A stretch of DNA of 32,000 bases from Prochlorococcus sp. MIT 0801 (GTDB lineage Bacteria > Cyanobacteriota > Cyanobacteriia > PCC-6307 > Cyanobiaceae). Position 1 is the first letter of the stretch, and the number at the start of each line of letters is the position of its first letter. The notes under the pieces were generated by a model. That model saw nothing but the letters and a program-made list of their open reading frames with translations. It made no database searches and was not told where the DNA came from. A program made the position numbers and the translations under genes. This document shows positions 16,068-24,288 of the stretch, one piece after another. The stretch is taken from positions 1,110,001 through 1,142,000 of the forward strand of contig NZ_CP007754.1 in NCBI RefSeq assembly GCF_000757865.1. Reading direction: 5' to 3'.

Positions 16068-17608
16068 ATTCTTTCCTCAATTTCTTTCTTCAACTCTTTT
16101 GAAACTCTCAACATTAATTCAGGCCAATTATGCATTTGTTTTTGTCGAAACAATTTCATGGAAGGATACCAGAAAGTTCTATCTCCACGTAACCCCCAAG
16201 TCCAAAAAGGTCGCTCTCTGAGAAGAAGCCATACTTTCTTACCCATCCCTCCAGCCAAATGAGCAATTGAAGTGTCACATGTAATTATTAAATCACAATT
16301 AGAAATAATTGCAGCATTTTCGAGGAAATCCCAAGTTGAGTCGATTAATTTTTGACACTTTACAAACTTATCTTTAAAGGAACAATCTTTTATTTGTTCT
16401 GATCCAAATCCTTTTTGCAAAGAAAGCATTAAAATATCATTATTATTAAGCAAACTCGAGAAAAACTCTAAAGGGATTGAACGTCCATGATAAGTTTTTT
16501 CTGTTTCTGTATTGCCTTGCCAGTTAATACCAATTATTGGTTTTGTTTCTGTATTAATTAGATTTCTCCATTTTTCTATTAATTCATCATTAGGATAGAT
16601 ATATGGCTTAGAAATGATTGGATTTTTTGGGCTTACTTTCAAATACATTGGTATTGATAATAAAGGTAGCCAATATCCTTCTGAAACCTTATTTGCTTCC
16701 TCAGGGGATAATGGATTGGCGTCAATATTTGATGCTTTAATCAATGTATGAAGTTTTGGTTGAGCACAAAAACTAATCTCAAAGCCTGATTTTCTAAGAT
16801 AGGGAATATATCGCATATATTGAAGTGTATCTCCTAAACCTTGTTCACTAACAACTAGAAGTTTTTCTTCTTTTTTAAAATTTGTATCATCTAATCTTTT
16901 AATTATCGGATTAGCGTATAGATAGGAAGGATTCTTTTTTTTGAATCTAAATTCATAGTGTTCTTGACCTGATTTATAATCACCTTTTAGTAGTTCAATA
17001 AAAGAAAGATTGAAATAAGCTTCTGCAAACCTAGGTTCAATTTTAATAGCTTTTCGAAGAGATTTTTCTGCTTCATTTAATTTGCCAAGATCAATCAAGG
17101 TACTTCCCAGATTGGAAAGTGCGGTATGAGAATTAGGATTTAAATCAATAGCTTTTCTTGTATTTAATTCTGCTTCTTTTAGTTTCCCCAGATCGCTCAA
17201 TACATTGCCTAAATTACTATAAGCACCACCAAGACTTGGCTTGATTTCAATAGCTTTTCTAAATGATCTTTCAGCTTCAATTAATTTGGATTGATCTCTG
17301 AATATATTTCCTAAAGTATTATGAGCCTCAGCCAAATCCGGCTTAATTTCAATAGCTGAAAGAACTAATTCTTCAGCTTCTTTTAATTTACCAATATCGT
17401 ACAATATAATTGCATAATTAGAAAATACACGTGGATCTTTAAAATTTGAATCAATAAGATATTGATAATACTTAATTGCTTTTATAATTTCCCCTTTTTT
17501 ATGGAAAAGAATAGCTTGCTCTTTTATTTTTTGATTTGAATTACTGGTAGAAAAAGAAGAATTTTCTTTAATCTTCCCAGCACATAATGGAACTAGAAAT
17601 ATTTGCAC
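16064..17608 (-). CDS. TPR-repeat protein fused to a glycosyltransferase family 9 (heptosyltransferase-like) domain
   Basis: The N-terminal half has 5-6 34-residue TPR units (AEA..NLG....D.GKL.EAE....KAI...P). The C-terminal half has GLGDTLQYMRYIPYL and ITCDTSIAHLAGGMGKKVWLLL, typical of the GT9 fold. The start is GTG and there is no in-frame ATG near the N-terminus. Confidence 0.88.
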   Translation of the reverse strand: MQIFLVPLCAGKIKENSSFSTSNSNQKIKEQAILFHKKGEIIKAIKYYQYLIDSNFKDPRVFSNYAIILYDIGKLKEAEELVLSAIEIKPDLAEAHNTLGNIFRDQSKLIEAERSFRKAIEIKPSLGGAYSNLGNVLSDLGKLKEAELNTRKAIDLNPNSHTALSNLGSTLIDLGKLNEAEKSLRKAIKIEPRFAEAYFNLSFIELLKGDYKSGQEHYEFRFKKKNPSYLYANPIIKRLDDTNFKKEEKLLVVSEQGLGDTLQYMRYIPYLRKSGFEISFCAQPKLHTLIKASNIDANPLSPEEANKVSEGYWLPLLSIPMYLKVSPKNPIISKPYIYPNDELIEKWRNLINTETKPIIGINWQGNTETEKTYHGRSIPLEFFSSLLNNNDILMLSLQKGFGSEQIKDCSFKDKFVKCQKLIDSTWDFLENAAIISNCDLIITCDTSIAHLAGGMGKKVWLLLRERPFWTWGLRGDRTFWYPSMKLFRQKQMHNWPELMLRVSKELKKEIEERI

Positions 17609-18307
17609 TATTACTTTTTTATTTTCAAGGTGAGTATTTTTTTGATAGCTTTCATAATTATGAATGTGACTTCTTCACCACCTTTATGTCTATTAATATA
17701 TACTATCACTCTGATTTCAAAAAAGAAGCATCTTAGAAATTTTTATGTTTTAAAAAGAAGTCACTTTTTTGATTATTTACTAAGCCATCTCAATTAATAC
17801 AACGATTTGTTTTAGTTATTAAAGTAATAAAATTCATTTGCCAACTAAAGAGTATGAAATCAAGTTACTTATAATAAGAGAAACTCATCAAAACAATAGC
17901 TATACGAGAGATACCCAGAGCAATGAAACCGAAAAATGCTTTCCATAATGATTCACCCATCTTAAAAATGTAATTAGTGCAATTACATTACATTCGTTTT
18001 TTTCCTGATCTCGTTCTCAAAACACATGTAATAGTTAATGTCTTTTTCAAAGTTCTAAACAATGTAGAGAGCTAATCAGTTGCCTCTAATTATTAGGACT
18101 AATGTTCGATGGTTTCATTTACTAGAGCAAGAAAAAGACCAAGGTTTTCATTTCATCGCAACTCCATAGACGATAAGGCAATTAATTGATTATTTTGAGT
18201 GATATGAAGCGTGCAGTACAGATCAACAACTTAGTAAATCTATGAGCATATCCTTTGATGCAAAATTCATCTTAAATTCACTAATTAAATACCTGTAAAT
18301 TCAACTT

Positions 18308-18373
18308 GAGTAAAAGCCGAAGTGTATAAAATCAGCAAGGTAGGTTAGAACGTATTTATCCACATGGAGGATT
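18308..18373 (+). promoter_or_regulatory. conserved 66-nt leader/promoter of the SDIRxMHDF-family gene (copy B)
   Basis: It has the same length and landmarks as 2581..2646: agtaaaagccga, a -10-like tataaaat, gttagaac and ggagg. Confidence 0.5.
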
Positions 18374-18538
18374 ATGAAACTTAAAACTCCTATCAACATG
18401 ATCATAAATGCTTTAAGTGATATTCGTACAATGCATGACTTCTCTTACACGGTTCCCAATGAAACGAGAGAAGAGTTCTGGGACAAAGAATGTATAAGCC
18501 ATCCAACAGCATCCACTTGCAAATTTTATGAGGGCTAA
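18374..18538 (+). CDS. small Cys-containing protein (54 aa), SDIRxMHDF family copy B
   Basis: Hand translation gives MKLKTPINMIINALSDIRTMHDFSYTVPNETREEFWDKECISHPTASTCKFYEG. It closes on the stop at 18536..18538. Confidence 0.65.
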   Translation: MKLKTPINMIINALSDIRTMHDFSYTVPNETREEFWDKECISHPTASTCKFYEG

Positions 18539-18596
18539 CAAAAAGGAAACGCTGTAAAAGTTAATAGCTGTTAGATCGAAAGAAGATTCATTTAGG

Positions 18597-18626
18597 CAAA
18601 AAAAAAGGCCCTGCGAAACAGGGCCT
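18597..18626 (-). terminator. rho-independent terminator (minus strand)
   Basis: The 8-bp GC-rich stem aggccctg/cagggcct has loop cgaaa. On the minus strand it is followed by T10. It lies 20 nt after the DUF4278-like stop. Confidence 0.8.
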
Positions 18627-18645
18627 CATAAAAATAGTTTTCTAG

Positions 18646-18822
18646 CTAATGCTGATATCGGTGACCACGATAAGACAATTGGGAATTCAGCTCAGATCTA
18701 GCATCACTTCTGCATGTGTTGTAGTGATTACGCCTGTAAGTGAGCTCAACACAATCTTTTTGTGCTTTATGCTCTTTGTGCTGGACATAGTTTTGTCCAC
18801 GATAAAGAAGAGTTGTCATCAT
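18646..18822 (-). CDS. DUF4278-like small protein (58 aa)
   Basis: Hand translation gives MMTTLLYRGQNYVQHKEHKAQKDCVELTYRRNHYNTCRSDARSELNSQLSYRGHRYQH. It has three L.YRG..Y-type repeats, as in cyanobacterial DUF4278. Track ORF 18649..18840 (+) is its antisense. Confidence 0.7.
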   Translation of the reverse strand: MMTTLLYRGQNYVQHKEHKAQKDCVELTYRRNHYNTCRSDARSELNSQLSYRGHRYQH

Positions 18823-18848
18823 CCATACTCCGAATGTTGATTTAAGTC

Positions 18849-18902
18849 CCCGTTCCTTGGCTTAAATCGAGATGCGGCTCGCAATGTAGCGAGTTGAACG
18901 TT
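18849..18902 (-). promoter_or_regulatory. candidate glutamine-riboswitch-like leader (glnA / Downstream-peptide class)
   Basis: The minus strand reads AACGUUCAACUCGCUACAUUGCGAGCCGCAUCUCGAUUUAAGCCAAGGAACGGGG. CGUUC and GAACG can close a helix, and there is an internal CUCGC/GCGAG hairpin. The 3' AAGGAACG matches my memory of the conserved 3' element. It ends 28 nt before the ATG of a DUF4278-like ORF, which is the known genomic context. No covariance-model check was possible. Confidence 0.4.
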
Positions 18903-19065
18903 TTGGTAGCGGTTGCTACAAAAAATATTATGTTACGTATAGATGGCCCATGTAGTTCATCACGATACAAAACCATCTAGTGGTATGTACTCAAATTTCT
19001 CATTAATTTTTTTGTGCATATCTAAATTAACGGAGAATTAGACTAAAAATATTTTTTCATCAGTT

Positions 19066-19329
19066 CTAAAGGGTCTTCCATAAAGGTTTCTCAGAAACTT
19101 CCCACTCTGTTTCCACTGAAGACCTCCATAGGTCTCTTGCTTTTTCATAAGTTAATTTCTCACTTTCATGTAACTCAACATGAGGAGTAATACCGTGTAG
19201 GAATCCAAGCCTACAGCTAGCGTAGTGAACCCTCATATATGTAGTTCCGTCTTCATCAGAGTGTTTGTCTTGAAAAAACCTCATTGCCCAGACACGATCT
19301 TTCTTCACAAGCCAACTTTCATGTTGCAT
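19066..19329 (-). CDS. hypothetical protein (87 aa)
   Basis: ATG ORF 2 nt downstream of the 19332..19547 ORF on the same strand, so the two likely form an operon. Confidence 0.6.
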   Translation of the reverse strand: MQHESWLVKKDRVWAMRFFQDKHSDEDGTTYMRVHYASCRLGFLHGITPHVELHESEKLTYEKARDLWRSSVETEWEVSEKPLWKTL

Positions 19330-19331
19330 TT

Positions 19332-19547
19332 TTAGTAGGAGCTTGGATTATCTCTTTTATGCTGTCTTGCCTTTGAATGACAACTATCTGGTGACCAACG
19401 ATTTTTGACAATTTCAAGAAAATCACATATGAATTCATCTGGGCAATCGAGTTCCTCCTGCAATTCAGCTAATTCATCAATAAAGAAATCGAATGTTCTG
19501 CTAATTAAACCTGACTTTTGCTTTTGTGACGGAGTCCATTTGCCCAT
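19332..19547 (-). CDS. hypothetical protein (71 aa), KW(T/S)P...EL.CP..FI family
   Basis: GKWTPSQKQ...ELQEELDCPDEFICDFLEIV resembles TKWSPTEDQ...YASELQCPPAFIALMLRDIA at 20148..20360. Confidence 0.6.
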   Translation of the reverse strand: MGKWTPSQKQKSGLISRTFDFFIDELAELQEELDCPDEFICDFLEIVKNRWSPDSCHSKARQHKRDNPSSY

Positions 19548-19856
19548 AACTAATAAAAAATATTATGTAAAGTAGTTATCTAAACTATTACCGCAGAGCC
19601 AATTTGGTAAACACCTGCTATTAAAAGAAAAACGGGAAGGTTTATTAAGACTAATAGTTTAGCTGCAGTAATTTTGTTAATTGCTGGCATAGCTAAAATC
19701 TTTTTGGTTTAAATCGAGAAATTGGTAAGAAACTAACAAGAATTATCCATTACTACAGGTCGGTTCTGGTAGGGCTAACCAGTACGGGTGAAAAGAGGAA
19801 ATCCCTCCTCAAGCAGGGCTTAATTCTAGATAGAGTTAGTTATGAGAAGAAGATTT

Positions 19857-20063
19857 ATGAAACACTATTTGCTGTTTTTCACATCAGCTTTATTTTTTAC
19901 AGCTAAGAATGCACAAGCTGAAAGTTTTTGGTTGATCCTTCAAAACAGCACCTACGGTATAGAAAAAATAGAAATGAAAAACATGTCGCAATGCGAGGAA
20001 CAAGGTAAGGAGTACAAAAAAAGTTCGGGTATTCCTCGTTACTTGTGCTTAATTGGCAAATAA
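19857..20063 (+). CDS. small secreted protein (68 aa)
   Basis: It has the signal peptide MKHYLLFFTSALFFTAKNAQA and two Cys residues in the mature part. The track ORF starts 15 nt upstream. Confidence 0.55.
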   Translation: MKHYLLFFTSALFFTAKNAQAESFWLILQNSTYGIEKIEMKNMSQCEEQGKEYKKSSGIPRYLCLIGK

Positions 20064-20147
20064 GGAAAAGTATCAAAACCAATGCCTAATAGGGGTAACT
20101 GGATAATTAACTAACTGACTTTTGATTTGGAAACGAATTGAGGTGTT

Positions 20148-20360
20148 TTAACAACAATCACAACCTTTTTCGGATGTAATTGCATTTTCTTCAAAAGTAT
20201 CAGCAATATCTCGAAGCATTAGCGCGATAAAAGCAGGAGGACATTGGAGCTCACTAGCATACTTAGCGTATTGCTGAGCAGTTCCCTGCATTGCTGGAAT
20301 AATGATTTTATCGATTTGATCTTCAGTGGGTGACCACTTCGTTTCACATTTTTCAGTCAT
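20148..20360 (-). CDS. hypothetical protein (70 aa), KW(T/S)P...EL.CP..FI family
   Basis: Paralog of 19332..19547. It ends in CDCC. Confidence 0.6.
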   Translation of the reverse strand: MTEKCETKWSPTEDQIDKIIIPAMQGTAQQYAKYASELQCPPAFIALMLRDIADTFEENAITSEKGCDCC

Positions 20361-20448
20361 AGTTTGCAGTCACCAACAACAAGACCATAAATGTATTTTC
20401 CATAGAGTCAATGTATTAAATCCATTTACCACATGTTCAAGCATTTGC

Positions 20449-20634
20449 TCAAACGACACCTAATTTCATTCCACTTTTCACCTTCGCAAGAATCTTATCG
20501 TCTAGATCATTATCTGTTTGAAGAACGAGCCATTCAATTGCGCTGATAATAAAAGCTTTCATTTGCTTCTTAAAAAATTTTTTCAACATCAAAAAGAGCA
20601 CTGGCTTAAGTATTAAGAAAAGGAAACTAACCAT
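20449..20634 (-). CDS. small membrane protein (61 aa)
   Basis: The ATG is an internal Met of the TTG-started track ORF. It has an N-terminal TM helix (VSFLFLILKPVLFLML), a basic stretch and a DNDLDDKIL tail. Confidence 0.5.
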   Translation of the reverse strand: MVSFLFLILKPVLFLMLKKFFKKQMKAFIISAIEWLVLQTDNDLDDKILAKVKSGMKLGVV

Positions 20635-20680
20635 TGCATACAATTTGTTCAATATGGTTTTACCTCATTTTCTCAAATAT

Positions 20681-20719
20681 TGGTGTAACCACCCTAAAAA
20701 ACTTCGCATTGCACTACAA
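20681..20719 (+). promoter_or_regulatory. conserved ~40-nt block (copy 2)
   Basis: tggtgtaaccaccctaaaaaacttcgcattgcactacaa. It lies in the divergent spacer between 20449..20634 (-) and the small peptide gene at 20769 (+). Confidence 0.5.
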
Positions 20720-20768
20720 CAACGGCATTAACAGTTGTTTAAATTCATAGAGTCTTTTTGAATTATTC

Positions 20769-20861
20769 ATGCTTACTCCTTATCACATAATTTTGTTCGC
20801 GATACTTTTAGTAGTTAGTTCTGCTTCAATTTTTCAAATGTCCACAGCAGAACAAAGCTGA
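20769..20861 (+). CDS. small hydrophobic peptide (30 aa), paralog of 11985..12131
   Basis: MLTPYHIILFAILLVVSSASIFQMSTAEQS. The hand translation closes on the stop at 20859..20861. Confidence 0.5.
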   Translation: MLTPYHIILFAILLVVSSASIFQMSTAEQS

Positions 20862-20950
20862 TGACATCATTTTTCATAATTTCCATGGCAGGTTATTTCT
20901 ATTTGATGGCTTGTTTATGGAGGGATTTAAGAAGAACCAAAACAAGTTGA
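20861..20950 (+). CDS. second small hydrophobic peptide (29 aa), start overlaps the previous stop
   Basis: TGATG overlap. The product is MTSFFIISMAGYFYLMACLWRDLRRTKTS. No paralog in the window. Confidence 0.35.
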   Translation: MTSFFIISMAGYFYLMACLWRDLRRTKTS

Positions 20951-21035
20951 AATTAACTTAAATTTTTAATTTTTAAAATTGCTTGGTAACTTCAAAGAAG
21001 ACTGAAACAAAATCTCTTGCATTTTTATTAAACCA

Positions 21036-21188
21036 ATGAATAGTATTACAAGATTTTCGGCAATTGGTTTACCTGCGGTAATTGGTGTGGGTATTGCGTG
21101 GCTTGGTAATCGAATTATTAAAAATGAAAAAGTACTCAAAGATCGTGAGTTAGAACTTAAGCTTCACCTAAACAATAAATTCCATTGA
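21036..21188 (+). CDS. small single-TM peptide (50 aa), paralog of 1547..1657
   Basis: MNSITRFSAIGLPAVIGVGIAWLGNRIIKNEKVLKDRELELKLHLNNKFH. It is below the track cutoff. Confidence 0.5.
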   Translation: MNSITRFSAIGLPAVIGVGIAWLGNRIIKNEKVLKDRELELKLHLNNKFH

Positions 21189-21214
21189 ACTTTTGTAATT
21201 AGAGAGAAAACTCA

Positions 21215-22015
21215 ATGATGAATAATATTGGCCTAATTTTACTTGATATAGATGGGGTTATTCGTGACGTGACCAACAGCTATCGATTAGCTATCCAAGA
21301 AACTGTAAATTTTTTTAGTGGGTGGAGACCCTCAATAGAAGATATTGATTCTATAAAAAGTGAAGGCTGTTGGAACAACGATTGGGATTTGAGCCTAGAA
21401 ATGATTAACAGACATGTACAAAAAAACAATCTTTCTTTTTCAGCTCCGTCTAGAAAAATTTTAATTGAATGCTTTGAAAACTTTTATTTTGGTGGAGATC
21501 CAAATCATGACTCTAGTGAATGGTCAGGCTTTATTAAAGATGAGACGTTATTAGTCAAAAAAACATTTTTTGAGGAATTAACTCAGCGAAGAATTGGTTG
21601 GGGTTTCGTAAGTGGAGCTGAATTACCATCAGCGAAATTTGTTTTAGAGCAAAGGCTCGGCTTAGCCTCTGCTCCCTTGATTGCAATGGGTGAAGCACCA
21701 GAAAAACCTGATCCAACAGGTTTTATTTCATTATCATCAAAACTTTCAAAAAAGCCCTTAGGTTTTTCCAATCCCCCAATTGCATATATTGGAGATACTG
21801 TTGCAGACGTTAAAACAGTTATAAATGCTCGAATTAAGATCCCTGATCAGAAATTTATCAGTCTCGCGATTGCCCCCCCACACTTACATGTAGATTCAAG
21901 TAGAGAGAAACGTCTCAGATATGAGGCAGAGTTAAAAAAAGCAGGTGCAGACTTGATAATTAAATCGATGGACAATTTAAAAAATGAAACCCTAAATTTG
22001 TTCATAAACCAATAG
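21215..22015 (+). CDS. HAD-superfamily hydrolase
   Basis: The 266-aa ORF has motif I LLDIDGVIRDV (DxDG), a cap-like insert, and motif IV GDTVADV. Confidence 0.85.
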   Translation: MMNNIGLILLDIDGVIRDVTNSYRLAIQETVNFFSGWRPSIEDIDSIKSEGCWNNDWDLSLEMINRHVQKNNLSFSAPSRKILIECFENFYFGGDPNHDSSEWSGFIKDETLLVKKTFFEELTQRRIGWGFVSGAELPSAKFVLEQRLGLASAPLIAMGEAPEKPDPTGFISLSSKLSKKPLGFSNPPIAYIGDTVADVKTVINARIKIPDQKFISLAIAPPHLHVDSSREKRLRYEAELKKAGADLIIKSMDNLKNETLNLFINQ

Positions 22016-22174
22016 ATAATTAAATAATTCAATTTTTTAATTCTTACAATTTCTCAATTGTCCAAAAAAAATATTTATATAAAATTTCTAAATTGAATAT
22101 GTCAGAAAGGTAGTTAAAACAATTGGTTAGTTTTGAGTAGTTATCAATCTTTGAGACGTAACTGCAAAACAATA

Positions 22175-22459
22175 TCAAACTGAGACTGCTTCAGCATTAA
22201 TTACATCATCGTCAGACATGTTTACGTCATCATCATTTGATTTTTTATTTTGAAAAATATAGTAAGCAGCTCCGCCTGCAACTGTAGTGGAGACAATCAA
22301 TCCAGAAATAAGTGTGAGTGCAACAAGTCCTCCTATGAGGCCACCTTTCAAACGAAGAAGGTTTGATTTAATTAAAAGAAGTAAAAGTAATGTTGAAGTT
22401 GCTTTTAACGAAGCGATTCTTAAAGCTGTTAAAGGCCAAAAAGGATTAAAAAAAAACAT
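22175..22459 (-). CDS. small membrane protein (94 aa)
   Basis: It has two hydrophobic segments, including GGLIGGLVALTLISGLIVSTTVAGGAAYYIF, and an acidic tail. It is the last gene of four collinear minus-strand ORFs. Confidence 0.5.
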   Translation of the reverse strand: MFFFNPFWPLTALRIASLKATSTLLLLLLIKSNLLRLKGGLIGGLVALTLISGLIVSTTVAGGAAYYIFQNKKSNDDDVNMSDDDVINAEAVSV

Positions 22460-22514
22460 TTTAAAATTTCTTTCTTCAAATGTAGAGGCTTTTTGGACTT
22501 ATCGAGGAAAAAAA

Positions 22515-22697
22515 CTAGAAAATGGTGAAATTCCTAGTAATTCCTTTAGGTGTAACAAACTTTTGTACAACTTCTTCACTCATACATTCAGTTGGATAGG
22601 AGATCACATTCTTTGCCGTGAATCCTGCACCAATTGCAACCACTCCAATCACAAAAATCCATTTTGATCTTTCACTTGAAATAAGTCTGTTAATCAT
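22515..22697 (-). CDS. small membrane-anchored protein (60 aa)
   Basis: TM helix WIFVIGVVAIGAGF. It overlaps the upstream ORF by 8 nt. Confidence 0.45.
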   Translation of the reverse strand: MINRLISSERSKWIFVIGVVAIGAGFTAKNVISYPTECMSEEVVQKFVTPKGITRNFTIF

Positions 22698-22896
22698 TTA
22701 CGAAAAACTCATTTATTTTTATTCTGTCAAAAAGTCTGTGTATTGGGTCAAAAAGATATTTATCCAGATTTTTATCAGCATTTTGAGAAGTCATAACCCA
22801 ATAAATAAAAACCCCAATACAAAGAAGAGTTAATATCTTCGGCCAAAAGTTTTCTGGATAATTCGAATCAGAGTTGAATTCGTCTTCTTTTCTCAT
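22690..22896 (-). CDS. small membrane protein (68 aa)
   Basis: TM helix ILTLLCIGVFIYWV. Its start overlaps the upstream stop (TAATG). Confidence 0.45.
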   Translation of the reverse strand: MRKEDEFNSDSNYPENFWPKILTLLCIGVFIYWVMTSQNADKNLDKYLFDPIHRLFDRIKINEFFVND

Positions 22897-23108
22897 TACT
22901 TCCAGCGTATACGTTCTGGATGATCTTTTTCAATTTTTCTAAGTAACAAAATCACACCGACAAGACTCAATGGTCCAATTACAAGAGCAACTTGGATAAA
23001 GCCTTTAATTAAAGGATCTAAAACCGCAAAAAAACCCATCATCTCATAAACTGTCACCGCCATTACAGCAAATAATCTTGATAGTGAATTTGGAGAAATA
23101 AAGTGCAT
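22896..23108 (-). CDS. small membrane protein (70 aa)
   Basis: Two hydrophobic helices (LFAVMAVTVYEMMGFFAV and VALVIGPLSLVGVILLL). It is the first gene of the four-ORF string. Confidence 0.5.
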   Translation of the reverse strand: MHFISPNSLSRLFAVMAVTVYEMMGFFAVLDPLIKGFIQVALVIGPLSLVGVILLLRKIEKDHPERIRWK

Positions 23109-23351
23109 ATCTTCTGGCAGCTTTACTTGTTGCTTTTATCTTAGTATTAGCTTGAATATGAATATTCTCTTTAATATTTTTTGAATGTGCGGTCAACGTC
23201 CAAATATTCGAATTGTCCGTCCTCGGATTTTCTCTGCTAAACAACAAACCCAGTTTCAATCTCTAGTAAGTTTCTTTAAAAAACATTAGCTATCGTGTTA
23301 GGAAGATTTCAATAAAGTTGCTAATTTCGTATTAGCTCAAAATTAATTTAA

Positions 23352-23948
23352 TTGACCTTCAGATCATTATTGTTATTAGCACATCTACAAGCTTTTCTCA
23401 TCCCAATCATTATTGGAATTAAGTCCAGGAACAAATTCAAGCAAATTAGATTTCCTTTGCTAACCCCTTTTGCCTTTATCTCACTAGGTCTTGCCTCAAT
23501 GTTTGAGATGTTCGATCATACGACTACGGATTGGATATATGTAGATCACTCATCAATATACAATTGGCTGTTTTATTCATTTCTTTCTATTGGATTATCG
23601 TTCTTTACTATTTCAGTAGCTAAAAACAAGTCGATCATAACTAGTAATATTTTGTTAATAATTGCCGCGGTTTTTTCTTATTGGTTTCTAGGCAAGTCAA
23701 CAACTATTTTAATTCAAGTATTGATAAGTATTCTACTTATATCGCAATGGTGGAGCTGCTTTAAAGATTGGGTCTTCCTTATTTATCCGATCACGGGAGT
23801 AATCTTTACTACTTTTTTCGGAATTCTACTTTCAAGTTCAGGTGAACAAATATGGCATGTATTTATAGGTCCATCTGGAACGATAAGTGTTTTAACTTTT
23901 TACGCAGTTTTAAAGAGATCAAGAAAAAAAGAAATCATTTCTGCTTAA
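23352..23948 (+). CDS. polytopic membrane protein (198 aa, about 6 TM)
   Basis: A long ORF with repeated hydrophobic helices. It starts with TTG, and the first in-frame ATG is about 50 codons in, so the start is uncertain. Confidence 0.6.
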   Translation: MTFRSLLLLAHLQAFLIPIIIGIKSRNKFKQIRFPLLTPFAFISLGLASMFEMFDHTTTDWIYVDHSSIYNWLFYSFLSIGLSFFTISVAKNKSIITSNILLIIAAVFSYWFLGKSTTILIQVLISILLISQWWSCFKDWVFLIYPITGVIFTTFFGILLSSSGEQIWHVFIGPSGTISVLTFYAVLKRSRKKEIISA

Positions 23949-24058
23949 TCAGATATTGATCAACTTCTAGATCACTGTGATTTATTTAAATTACATTTGC
24001 AGTTATCTTCTTAGATAAGATGATTCAACCCCTAACTTAGTTTATTGTTTAAAAGCTA

Positions 24059-24223
24059 ATGAGTCTAAGTTCTCATAGACAACACAAAATTTATCTTGCT
24101 GCAACGATGGGCTATGGACTTGGTTCAGATGATCCAGAAGAATTGGCCCTTTACGAAATGATCAAGAAAGAAATTGAAGCAGACAGTAAAAACAGACATA
24201 TAGGCATTCAAAGAACTGATTAG
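24059..24223 (+). CDS. hypothetical protein (54 aa)
   Basis: Hand translation gives MSLSSHRQHKIYLAATMGYGLGSDDPEELALYEMIKKEIEADSKNRHIGIQRTD. ORF evidence only. Confidence 0.4.
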   Translation: MSLSSHRQHKIYLAATMGYGLGSDDPEELALYEMIKKEIEADSKNRHIGIQRTD

Positions 24224-24288
24224 GCTCTCATTTCAGAAAGTGTCTAAAGATAGGAATAGGCTCCTCAACTTCGCTAACTTAAACATCT

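Noticed and set aside
17865-17960. Short hydrophobic ORFs with no paralog or motif: 17865..17960 (-, 31 aa), 19580..19690 (-, 36 aa), 15280..15390 (+, about 35 aa), 9800..9925 (-, about 29 aa) and 11525..11671 (+, 48 aa).
   Set aside because: They are supported only by an open frame in AT-rich DNA, with no Shine-Dalgarno site, paralog or conservation evidence. They are not reported as features.
18649-18840. 63-aa track ORF on the plus strand.
   Set aside because: It is antisense to the DUF4278-like ORF. That ORF has a recognisable repeat motif, a structured leader and a correctly oriented terminator.
22287-22833. Plus-strand track ORFs 22287..22667 and 22618..22833.
   Set aside because: They use non-ATG starts and are Lys/Asn/Ser-rich, as expected for the antisense of hydrophobic genes. 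The four collinear, overlap-coupled minus-strand membrane ORFs are more parsimonious. This call is not certain.
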